Shown: piece after piece, positions 34,611 through 42,640 of the stretch
Layout of the letters: every line of letters begins with the position of its first letter
How positions within the stretch are numbered: the stretch's first letter is position 1
Source: an uncultured Clostridia bacterium
GTDB lineage: Bacteria > Bacillota > Clostridia > Christensenellales > UBA1242
Reading direction: 5' to 3'
Assembly: GCA_947589655.1 (NCBI GenBank)
Contig: CANQCE010000001.1
Span: forward strand, 1 to 46,347
Length of the DNA stretch: 46,347 nt
Position numbers and translations under genes: made by a program
The notes under the pieces: model-generated
What the model was told of the DNA's origin: nothing
Databases searched by the model: none
The model's input: only the letters and a program-made list of their open reading frames with translations

Positions 34611-35423
34611 TTATAACCTTGTCCCACAAGAAGAACAAAACTTTGAATTTTCTGGATTGACATTTCCACAAACAGGGCAAATATTTTTGCTGTTTGTTTT
34701 AAGCCCACACTCTGGGCAGAATTTGGCACCTTCGCTTAAAACCGCACCGCATCCTGCGCAAATATTGGTTTGTTTTCCGCTTTTTAACGCCTGCAATCTT
34801 TTTAAGTCTTCGCCATCTATAATAATGTTAAGAATGTTAAACGAAAACACGGCAATTCCATACTCGCTTTGCAACTTGTGCGACAGTTGCCCCAAAATTT
34901 TGTCCGACATCTCTTTTTTGCAATTGGAAAGTTGATTGTATGGCACACGATGTTGTTTTATGTAATCTAAAAGGCACAATTCTGTAACCGAAACAACATT
35001 AGATTGCAAACGCTCTTGCAATGCTTCCGCCGTTAAATTTTGAGAAACACCAATCAAATACAAGTAGCACTTTCTTGGGTCGCCAATTTGAACTTCAAAA
35101 TCGCCACTGAAACCAACGCGGTAATTTTCGCCGGCAAACTCGTCAAAAAATGTGAACTTTTGCGCCGTTCCCCAAAGCAATTTAAGTTTTGCCGTTTTGC
35201 TCATAAAAAGCACTTCAAGCACACTGTTTTCATCCGTTTCTTTTTCCAAAAAGTCAGAAATTTGATACTTTCCAGATTTTAAAGTTTGAAGCATTTGCCC
35301 ATCTTTGATAAGAATTGCATTGTGAGTTTCTGGCACAATAAGTGTCGTTTTAGGGCTTTGAACCGCCACTCTGGTGAAAAGTTGGGAATTACTCCCAGAA
35401 AACTGAATTCTATTTTGTTCCAT
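34611..35423 (-). CDS. SPFH (Band_7_1 / B. subtilis YdjI-like) domain protein with two C-terminal zinc ribbons
   Basis: The N-terminal pattern TLIVPETHNAILIKDGQMLQTLKSGKYQI...VLFMSKTAKLKLLWGT...YRVGFSGDFEVQIGDPRKCY...GIAVFSFNILNI resembles the YdjI/'virion core protein'-type SPFH family. The C-terminus ICAGCGAVLSEGAKFCPECG...ICPVCGNVNPENSKFCSSCG has two CxxC-N-CxxC ribbons. Confidence 0.65.
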   Translation of the reverse strand: MEQNRIQFSGSNSQLFTRVAVQSPKTTLIVPETHNAILIKDGQMLQTLKSGKYQISDFLEKETDENSVLEVLFMSKTAKLKLLWGTAQKFTFFDEFAGENYRVGFSGDFEVQIGDPRKCYLYLIGVSQNLTAEALQERLQSNVVSVTELCLLDYIKQHRVPYNQLSNCKKEMSDKILGQLSHKLQSEYGIAVFSFNILNIIIDGEDLKRLQALKSGKQTNICAGCGAVLSEGAKFCPECGLKTNSKNICPVCGNVNPENSKFCSSCGTRL

Positions 35424-35458
35424 TTTCCCTCTAAAATAGCATATAGTTACTCACAATT

Positions 35459-35488
35459 AGTATAACAAAATTTTTTTATCAAAGTCAA
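35459..35488 (-). promoter_or_regulatory. candidate sigma-A promoter of the seven-gene ESCRT-like operon
   Basis: On the minus strand: TTGACT, 18-nt spacer, TGtTATACT (extended -10). The -10 lies about 35 nt upstream of the ATG at 35423, which has RBS GAGGGA. Confidence 0.4.
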
Positions 35489-35599
35489 CAAACAACAAAA
35501 GAAATAAAAATTTTTGTCGAAATTCGGCTCTTGAACAAAAATTTATCCACATTTAAACAAAAATGAGTGTTATTCATATAAAAATTTAAGGAGTTTTAT

Positions 35600-36064
35600 A
35601 TGCAAAACAATATTGATAAACAAATTTTTAAATATCTAACCAGTCACAATGCCTCTGCCACAGCAAAAATTGAAGGCGGAAGCGCATATCCGCAAATTAC
35701 TGGCGTAGTGGAGTTTTATCAGTTACAAAACGGCGTTTTGGTTGTTGCGGACATAGACAATCTGCCGCAAACAGAAACAAACATTTTTGCCTTTCATATT
35801 CACGAGGGTGGCTCGTGCGAGAACGATTTTTCGCTAACTGGTGGGCATTACAATCCGCAAGGGGCAATGCATCCAAGCCACGCTGGCGATATGCCGCCAC
35901 TTTTTTCAAACGGCGGCAGTGCGTGGCAGGCCTTTTTTACAAACAGAATTTCTGTGAACGAAATAATTGGCAAAACGGTTATCATTCACGACAAGGTTGA
36001 CGATTTTACATCGCAACCGTCTGGAAATTCTGGGAACAAAATTGCCTGTGGAGAAATTAAATGA
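35600..36064 (+). CDS. sodC: Cu/Zn superoxide dismutase family protein, no signal peptide
   Basis: FAFHIHEGGSC, GGHYNPQG, HPSHAGDMPPL, VIIHDKVDDFTSQPSGNSGNKIACGEI. All Cu/Zn ligand positions appear to be present. The N-terminus MQNNIDKQIFKYLTSHNASA is not hydrophobic. Confidence 0.85.
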   Translation: MQNNIDKQIFKYLTSHNASATAKIEGGSAYPQITGVVEFYQLQNGVLVVADIDNLPQTETNIFAFHIHEGGSCENDFSLTGGHYNPQGAMHPSHAGDMPPLFSNGGSAWQAFFTNRISVNEIIGKTVIIHDKVDDFTSQPSGNSGNKIACGEIK

Positions 36065-36092
36065 AAAAGCACGGTTTTATCCGTGCTTTTTT
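36064..36092. terminator. bidirectional rho-independent terminator
   Basis: Stem GCACGG (36069-36074) / CCGTGC (36081-36086) with an A-run before and a T-run after. It lies between convergent sodC and the amidase gene. Confidence 0.7.
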
Positions 36093-36093
36093 A

Positions 36094-37125
36094 TTAATAA
36101 ATTGTTGCAATGGCGTTCCAGGTGTTTGGTCCAACAATTCCGTCCAGCGCCAGACCTTTTGTTGTTTGATACTGCCGCACTGCTTGCAAAGTTCTCTCGC
36201 CAAAAATGCCGTCAATGTTGCCAACATCAATCTGATTGCTGGAAAGAAGTTGTTGCAAAAACCTCACATACGCCCCACGGCTGCCCTGCCTGACAGTTGG
36301 ATAAGGTGCAAGTGTAAGCAGTGTGCGCCAAGTGTTCTGCCCAACAACGCCATCCACTGCAAGTGAGTTGTCTTGTTGGAACTGCCTAACGGCACTTTCT
36401 GTATTCGCGCCAAAAATGCCGTCAACTGCAAGATTGGCACCATATCCGTTTAACAAGAACTGCAAAAGAAAAACAAAATTGTTGTCATCTCCGCGGCGAA
36501 TTGTTGGGTAGTTCGCCAAATTGTCGCGCGGCAGATATTCCACCCCTAAAAAGTCGCACACGCCTTGGCAAGCCTCCTCGCCAACCTCGGTCTGCCACAA
36601 AGGGTTTAACATTCGGCGTGCTTCTTCCAGATTGGTCATAAACCCAGCCTCAATCAATGCTGATGGGCAGTTTACGCCAGAAAGCACCCCAACATCCAAA
36701 GTTTTAACTCCTCGCCCATTTTGTGGCGTGCCTTCAAGCAAATTTTCGTAAATATCTTGCGCCAGTGCACGGCTTTGGTTTGCACGCGGATTGGTTAAAG
36801 AATAAAAAACTTCAACGCCGGAGGTGTTATTAAATTCTTCGCCAAATGCGTTATACGCAAAAGTGACAAGCGCCGTCAAGTTCTGCCGGTTTATTCGCCT
36901 TACACGCTCAGAAATGCTTATGTCGGCATTTTCTGGCTTGACATCATAAACCGAAAACCCATTGCGCAAATCCGCCTCCAAAAATTTGTTTTTCGCTGCC
37001 CTGTTAAATTCGTTTTCCAAAATGGACCTATTAAGTCCCGGCACAACTGGCGTTCGCTTGCCAGGTGTTGGCGGCTGTGTGCCATGTTCATCGTTACCGC
37101 CTATGTAATAAATTTCGTTTGGCAT
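36094..37125 (-). CDS. MurNAc-L-alanine amidase (Amidase_3-like) with two C-terminal PG_binding_1 repeats
   Basis: Amidase-like core SGVEVFYSL...ALIEAGFMTNLEEARRM. Two peptidoglycan-binding repeats: FLLQFLLNGYGANLAVDGIFGANTESAVRQFQQDNSLAVDGVVGQNTWRTL and VRFLQQLLSS...IDGIFGERTLQAVRQYQTTKGLALDGIVGPNTWNAI. No signal peptide. Confidence 0.65.
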   Translation of the reverse strand: MPNEIYYIGGNDEHGTQPPTPGKRTPVVPGLNRSILENEFNRAAKNKFLEADLRNGFSVYDVKPENADISISERVRRINRQNLTALVTFAYNAFGEEFNNTSGVEVFYSLTNPRANQSRALAQDIYENLLEGTPQNGRGVKTLDVGVLSGVNCPSALIEAGFMTNLEEARRMLNPLWQTEVGEEACQGVCDFLGVEYLPRDNLANYPTIRRGDDNNFVFLLQFLLNGYGANLAVDGIFGANTESAVRQFQQDNSLAVDGVVGQNTWRTLLTLAPYPTVRQGSRGAYVRFLQQLLSSNQIDVGNIDGIFGERTLQAVRQYQTTKGLALDGIVGPNTWNAIATIY

Positions 37126-37229
37126 AAAATTCTCCTTTTCAGCATTTTATATGAAAATTACTTAAATAAATTGAATAAATTTAATTGTAGAAAGTTGACA
37201 TTATTTTTTAAAAGTATTATCATATCCCC

Positions 37230-39227
37230 ATGAAAAATAAAGAAAATGTGGTAAAAGAGATTTCTCTTAACAGAATTATTCTGCCAATTATGTTTATATT
37301 CATTTCCGTGTTCTTGGAAATGGTAAATTTTTTGTATATCGGCTTTAAGTCTGGCTCTGGCGCCCAACTGGTGTTCCCAGCCCAGTGGCTGTTTAACATT
37401 GGTGCAATTTTGGCAATTGCTGGGCTTATTTATCTTGTAAAAAGCCCTAAAGCAATGATTCCAATCTTCTTTTTGTTTTTATCACTCCAAATTGGCATAA
37501 ATGCTTTAAGTGCCAACATTTACGGAATTTTTGGCGACATATTTTCTATGGACTACATCAAACTTGGCAGAGAGGCTGGTGCTGCTGTTCGTTGGGAATA
37601 TATCGATTTTGGCTCAATTGCGATTTACTTTTCAATTTTGGCTGTTGTTATTGTGGCAGTGGTGCTGCTCTTTAAATTCAACAAACGCAAAGTTCACTTA
37701 AAAAGGTTGTCGGCTTTAAGTTTTTCGCTAATACTTGTTCTTCTTGTGGAGGCGTGCGGCATTACAAGTTATTCCTGCCAAATTGTTGCCGTTACAAATG
37801 CAGATTCTGAAACCATAGAGAACAACACAAGTTATCTTTATGAAAGTTTTGCTTTTAAAACCGAGGCTTATAAAGAATTTGGCTATTATGGTTTTTATTT
37901 GAAAAACCTTTGGGATATGTGTTTTGGGAACGTTAAAGCAAACGATGATGAGGTTGAAGAACTTAAAACATATATAGAAGAAGGCAAAACCACTTTTGAT
38001 GAACTTGATGGGCGTTTGGCTGACGACAATTTGATTGTAATCCTTTGCGAAAGCCACGAGTGGTTTGGATATGACCCAATTAACACCCCTAATGTTTGGA
38101 ACCTTATAAATGGCGGCGCAAACGCTTGTGTGTTCGACAATTATCACTCCCATAACAAAACCAACATAAGCGAAGGCATTGTTATGGCTGGCAACAAGGC
38201 CCAGCAAAACGATTTAAGCACCCTTGTTAAACATTATGGATACGATTACGCATACACTTTGCCAAAGCTTTTCAAGGCTGCCCATGCCGACAAAACAGAG
38301 GTCAAGGCAACATATTTCCACACTTGGAAACGCTCGTTCTATGACCGTGACGACACATATTTGGAAGACGGCTACGGCTTTGACGAATACATTTCTGTGG
38401 ACCAATATTCAAAGTATAACTCCAAATTCTTTGGCGATTGGGTTTGCGACAGCGATTTTATTGAAGAATTTAAAGACGATTTTGTTCCTGACCTTCAGGG
38501 CAATGGAAAATTTTTAAGTTTCTTTGCCACAATGACAACACATGGAACTTACGATTATGACAACCCTCGCTACAGTGACCTTTATGAAAAATATGACGAA
38601 AATTACGACGATTTTAAAGCCTGGTTTGAAGATTATTATGCTGAAAAATATGTTATCCCAAAAGATGAAGAATCCCTTTTGCAATTCCGCAGATACAAAG
38701 TTGGCATGATGGAATTTGACAGAACAATCGGCAAAATTTTTGACTTGTTAAAAGAAAAGAATCATCTTGATGATACAACAGTTGTTATGTTCGCCGACCA
38801 CAATGCATACATTGAAAACTTAACTTACAAACTTAAAAATGTTGAAAAAACCGACTTCTCAAACACAAAGGTTCACAATGTTCCGCTTATAATTTACAAT
38901 TCAAAACTCACGCCGGGAACATATTCCAATTTCTGCAACACTTACGATGTTTTCCCAACCATCGCTGAACTTCATGGGCTGTGCTACAACAAAAATTTGG
39001 CGCAAGGATACAACCTGTTCTCCGACAGTATAAAAAATTCGTTCTTTGCTTCCAATTTGGGTGGGATGTTCACAGATAAGTTTTACAGCAAAAACATTTC
39101 AGACGTGGTTTCGCTTAAAGAAAACTTTACAGCAGATGACCTTGCACAGTTCAAAAGCCAAGCAGAAAGGTTTTATCAGCGACAGAAAAAGTTAGAGGCC
39201 ATATATGTTAAAAACTTGGCAATTTAA
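37230..39227 (+). CDS. LTA synthase (LtaS) / sulfatase-family membrane protein
   Basis: Five N-terminal TM helices followed by an extracellular alkaline-phosphatase-superfamily domain (LIVILCESHEW, TMTTHGTYDY, VVMFADHNAY). The architecture is typical of LtaS-family phosphoglycerol transferases. Confidence 0.75.
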   Translation: MKNKENVVKEISLNRIILPIMFIFISVFLEMVNFLYIGFKSGSGAQLVFPAQWLFNIGAILAIAGLIYLVKSPKAMIPIFFLFLSLQIGINALSANIYGIFGDIFSMDYIKLGREAGAAVRWEYIDFGSIAIYFSILAVVIVAVVLLFKFNKRKVHLKRLSALSFSLILVLLVEACGITSYSCQIVAVTNADSETIENNTSYLYESFAFKTEAYKEFGYYGFYLKNLWDMCFGNVKANDDEVEELKTYIEEGKTTFDELDGRLADDNLIVILCESHEWFGYDPINTPNVWNLINGGANACVFDNYHSHNKTNISEGIVMAGNKAQQNDLSTLVKHYGYDYAYTLPKLFKAAHADKTEVKATYFHTWKRSFYDRDDTYLEDGYGFDEYISVDQYSKYNSKFFGDWVCDSDFIEEFKDDFVPDLQGNGKFLSFFATMTTHGTYDYDNPRYSDLYEKYDENYDDFKAWFEDYYAEKYVIPKDEESLLQFRRYKVGMMEFDRTIGKIFDLLKEKNHLDDTTVVMFADHNAYIENLTYKLKNVEKTDFSNTKVHNVPLIIYNSKLTPGTYSNFCNTYDVFPTIAELHGLCYNKNLAQGYNLFSDSIKNSFFASNLGGMFTDKFYSKNISDVVSLKENFTADDLAQFKSQAERFYQRQKKLEAIYVKNLAI

Positions 39228-39228
39228 A

Positions 39229-39256
39229 GGCAGCAATTATTGCTGCTTTTTATTTT
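39229..39256 (+). terminator. rho-independent terminator after the LtaS-family gene
   Basis: GCAGCAAT / ATTGCTGC inverted repeat (39230-39246), followed by TTTTTATTTTTT. Confidence 0.6.
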
Positions 39257-39301
39257 TTAAAAACTGTTGTTTTTTTACGCACAATTTGTTAAAATAATGC
39301 C

Positions 39302-40633
39302 ATGGAAAAATGCATAGCTTCCATTGCAACGCCTTTGGGCAAAGGTGCAATATCTATAATTAGGATGAGTGGCAAAGATTGTTTAAAAATTGCCCTCAAA
39401 ATTTTTCATGCAAAAAATCTGGAAAATGTTGAACCTCGCCACATGTATTTTGGGCAATTGGAACTTTCTGCAAATGCAGTGGAACAATGCCTTATGGTGT
39501 TTTTTAAAGCACCGTTTTCTTACACTGGCGAAGATGTTGTAGAGTTCCAAATTCACGGAGGCGTTTTAATTGCGCAAAAAGTGCTTGAAAGGTGTTTGGC
39601 TGCAGGCGCAATTTTGGCTGAGCCGGGCGAATTCTCCAAGCGTGCCTTTATAAACGGAAAAATAACATTAGATAAAGCCGAGGCCATTGCAAGCGAAATA
39701 AACGCCGAAACCGAAGGCGAACTTTTCAGCAGTTTGCAGGTGACAAATGGGCTTTTGGCGGACAAAATTTTAAAAGCACAAGACGAACTTAAATTGTTGC
39801 TTGCGCAACTTGAAGTTGGCATGGATTATCCAGACGAAACCGAAGAAGTGCGCCTAAAGGAAGATGTGTTTGAAAAATTGCAAGCAATAAAACACGACAT
39901 CTGCGAAATTTTGGACAATTCGCACGCGGCAAAATATTTACGCAACGGAATTAATGTGGCACTTATTGGTCGCACAAATGTGGGCAAAAGCAGCATTATG
40001 AACGCCTTGCTTGGACAAGAGAGGGCCATTGTTACAGATATTCAAGGCACAACCAGAGACAGCCTTGTGGAAAGTTTTTCTCATAACGGAATTAAAATTA
40101 ACCTATACGACACCGCTGGTATCCGCGAGACCAAAGATAAAGTTGAACAGATTGGCATAACAAAAAGTAAGCAAAGCCTGCAGCAAGCGGATGTGGTGTT
40201 GTTTGTTTTGGATGGCAGCCAAAAGTTACATAAAGATGATGAACAAATTGCAAAACTCATTGGCGAAAAGCCGTTTATCTGCGTTGTGAACAAAATGGAC
40301 AAGCAGCGCGTGCTGGAAAAGCAAAAAAACGAAATTGAAGTTTCTGCCCTTATTAGAAAGAACATTAAAGCGTTAAAAGACAAAATTGTAGATTTGGTTA
40401 TAACAAAAGAAATTGACTTTAACAAACTTGTGCTTTCTAACGAGCGCCAAGGACAAATTTTAAATGAAGCCGTTGCACTTTTGGAAAAAGCAATTGTGGA
40501 AAAAAATCAAACATTAGACATAACCTCAATGCTGATTAAAAATGTTTGGAATTGCTTGGGAAAAATTACAGGAAATACAGAAAACGAAGATATTATTGAC
40601 CTTATTTTTTCAAAATTTTGTTTGGGAAAATAA
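39302..40633 (+). CDS. mnmE: tRNA modification GTPase MnmE (TrmE)
   Basis: N-terminus IASIATPLGKGAISIIRMSG, G-domain GRTNVGKSS / DTAGIRET / NKMD, and the C-terminal FCLGK motif. Confidence 0.95.
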   Translation: MEKCIASIATPLGKGAISIIRMSGKDCLKIALKIFHAKNLENVEPRHMYFGQLELSANAVEQCLMVFFKAPFSYTGEDVVEFQIHGGVLIAQKVLERCLAAGAILAEPGEFSKRAFINGKITLDKAEAIASEINAETEGELFSSLQVTNGLLADKILKAQDELKLLLAQLEVGMDYPDETEEVRLKEDVFEKLQAIKHDICEILDNSHAAKYLRNGINVALIGRTNVGKSSIMNALLGQERAIVTDIQGTTRDSLVESFSHNGIKINLYDTAGIRETKDKVEQIGITKSKQSLQQADVVLFVLDGSQKLHKDDEQIAKLIGEKPFICVVNKMDKQRVLEKQKNEIEVSALIRKNIKALKDKIVDLVITKEIDFNKLVLSNERQGQILNEAVALLEKAIVEKNQTLDITSMLIKNVWNCLGKITGNTENEDIIDLIFSKFCLGK

Positions 40634-40758
40634 TAAAAAAATTAAAATAATTAAAAAATCCTATTTTAAATGTAAAAAAATATATTAAAAAATTAATAAA
40701 AATAAATTTTAATTGTTTTTTTAATAATTTTAAAAATAAAAATTAAAAGGCAAAAAAT

Positions 40759-42633
40759 ATGGCAAAAAATATAGAAAAATTTGATAGCATAGTGATTGGT
40801 GCTGGGCACGCAGGATGTGAGGCAGCACTTGCTCTTGCACGCACAAACAACAAAACCTTGCTTCTTACAATCAGCCTTGATGCCATAGCCTTTTTGGCCT
40901 GCAACCCTTCAATTGGCGGAACGGCAAAAGGTCAACTTGTTGCAGAAGTGGATGCTCTTGGCGGCGAAATGGGCATAATTGCAGATAAAACCGCACTGCA
41001 AATTCGCATGTTAAACCGCGGCAAAGGGCCCGCCGTGCAAAGTTTGCGAGTGCAATCCGATAAAAACGCCTACCACAGCGAAATGAAAAAAGTCCTGGAA
41101 AATGAGCCTAATTTGTTTGTGCGTCAAGGCGAGGTTGCAAGTGTAACCATGGACAAAGATAAAAAATTTGTCACCACCACACTTGGGCTTACATATCAGG
41201 CAAAGAGCATTGTTTTCGCAACTGGGGTTTATCTTAAAAGCGATGTTATCATTGGGCAAAGCCGCGAGCACATCGGCCCAAACGGCTTTAAGAACTCATC
41301 CAAACTTTCGGAAAGCCTTGAAAATCTTGGCATAAAACTTTTGCGTTTTAAAACTGGCACGCCTGTTCGCTTGCACGCCAGAAGTGTGGATTTTTCTAAA
41401 ATGGAATTGCAAAAAGGCGAGGAAGACATTTTAAGTTTCTCCAACATGACCGAAGGAAAAGTGGAGAACAAAGCGGTTTGTCACTTAACATACACCACTC
41501 CAAAAACACACGAAATTATAAGGAAAAATTTAGATAAAGCCCCTGCCATTTCTGGAGAAATTAAAGGTATTGGCCCACGTTATTGCCCTTCCATAGAAAC
41601 CAAAGTTGTTCGTTTTGCAGATAGAGAACGCCATCAACTTTTTCTTGAACCTGAAGCGCTGGACACGCAAGAACTTTATCTTCAAGGCTTTTCAACTTCC
41701 ATGCCAGCAGATTTGCAAAAAGACATGGTTCACTCTGTGATAGGCTTGGAGAAAGCGGAAATCATGCGCGATGCCTACGCCATTGAATACGATTGCATTG
41801 AACCCACTCAACTGAAACCAACTTTGGAGTTAAAAAGTATCAGCGGGTTGTTCTTTGCCGGCCAAATTAATGGCACAAGCGGATACGAAGAAGCCGCTGC
41901 GCAAGGAATTATTGCTGGCATCAACGCAAGTTTATTCAACAAAAACAAACCTCAACTTATTTTAAAGAGAAGTGATGCATATATTGGCGTTTTAATTGAC
42001 GACATTGTAACCAAAGGCACAAACGAACCTTATCGCATGATGACCAGCCGTGCAGAATACAGATTGTGGCTGCGTCAAGACAATGCGGATGTGCGCCTAA
42101 CAGAAATTGGAAGGAAAGTTGGGCTTGTAAGCGATGAAAGATATAAAAAATATCAAGAAAAGTGCAAAAAAATTGAAAAAATAGTAGAAAAATTGCATCA
42201 AAAAGTTAAAATTGATGAAAAATTGCAAAAATTGTTTGAAGAAAATGGCGAAAACTTGCCAAAAGAAAACCAAACATTTCTTTCGCTTATGCGCCGAACA
42301 AATATTGATATTTTTAAATTAAACGATGTTTATCATCTTTTTGATGAAACCGACAAACGCTTGCTGGAAACCGTAAACACAAAAATCAAATATGAGGGCT
42401 ACTTAAAACAGCAACAAGAAGACATTGACAAAATGTTGGCAAACGAAAATGTGCTTATTCCAGAAAACTTTGATTATATGTCGGTTAAAGGTTTAAGAGA
42501 AGAAGCCAAAGAAAAACTATCTCAAATAAAGCCAATCAGCATTGGGCAAGCCTCACGAATTTCAGGGGTGTCCCCAGCCGACATCTCCGTGCTTTCAATT
42601 TTAGTAAAAAGGGCAAAAAATCAAAAAAAATAG
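40759..42633 (+). CDS. mnmG: tRNA uridine 5-carboxymethylaminomethyl modification enzyme MnmG (GidA)
   Basis: FAD fold FDSIVIGAGHAGCEAALALAR, SCNPSIGG-like CNPSIGGTAKG, GPRYCPSIE, FFAGQINGTSGYEEAAAQG. Confidence 0.95.
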   Translation: MAKNIEKFDSIVIGAGHAGCEAALALARTNNKTLLLTISLDAIAFLACNPSIGGTAKGQLVAEVDALGGEMGIIADKTALQIRMLNRGKGPAVQSLRVQSDKNAYHSEMKKVLENEPNLFVRQGEVASVTMDKDKKFVTTTLGLTYQAKSIVFATGVYLKSDVIIGQSREHIGPNGFKNSSKLSESLENLGIKLLRFKTGTPVRLHARSVDFSKMELQKGEEDILSFSNMTEGKVENKAVCHLTYTTPKTHEIIRKNLDKAPAISGEIKGIGPRYCPSIETKVVRFADRERHQLFLEPEALDTQELYLQGFSTSMPADLQKDMVHSVIGLEKAEIMRDAYAIEYDCIEPTQLKPTLELKSISGLFFAGQINGTSGYEEAAAQGIIAGINASLFNKNKPQLILKRSDAYIGVLIDDIVTKGTNEPYRMMTSRAEYRLWLRQDNADVRLTEIGRKVGLVSDERYKKYQEKCKKIEKIVEKLHQKVKIDEKLQKLFEENGENLPKENQTFLSLMRRTNIDIFKLNDVYHLFDETDKRLLETVNTKIKYEGYLKQQQEDIDKMLANENVLIPENFDYMSVKGLREEAKEKLSQIKPISIGQASRISGVSPADISVLSILVKRAKNQKK

Positions 42634-42640
42634 GTGAAAA

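Noticed and set aside
27730-35282. Plus-strand ORFs (60-143 aa) across the ESCRT-like operon
   Set aside because: They are antisense to well-supported minus-strand genes with RBSs and tight coupling. No independent coding evidence.
35543-35551. Perfect DnaA box TTATCCACA in the sodC / ESCRT-operon spacer
   Set aside because: It is a single isolated 9-mer with no cluster of boxes, and no dnaA or dnaN gene is in this window. One occurrence in 46 kb of AT-rich DNA is compatible with chance, so this is not an origin.
37158-37367. 69-aa minus-strand ORF overlapping the start of the LtaS-family gene
   Set aside because: It lies in the divergent promoter region and antisense to the TM-helix-encoding 5' end of a strong gene. 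It has no RBS and an implausible sequence.
40634-40758. Extremely AT-rich 125-bp spacer between mnmE and mnmG (only about seven G/C bases), with a similar one at 43334-43462; considered as an oriC/DNA-unwinding element
   Set aside because: No DnaA boxes or repeated 13-mers were seen. Every intergenic spacer in this window is similarly AT-rich (e.g. 17141-17445, 21059-21163), so this looks like normal promoter or spacer composition for a low-GC genome.
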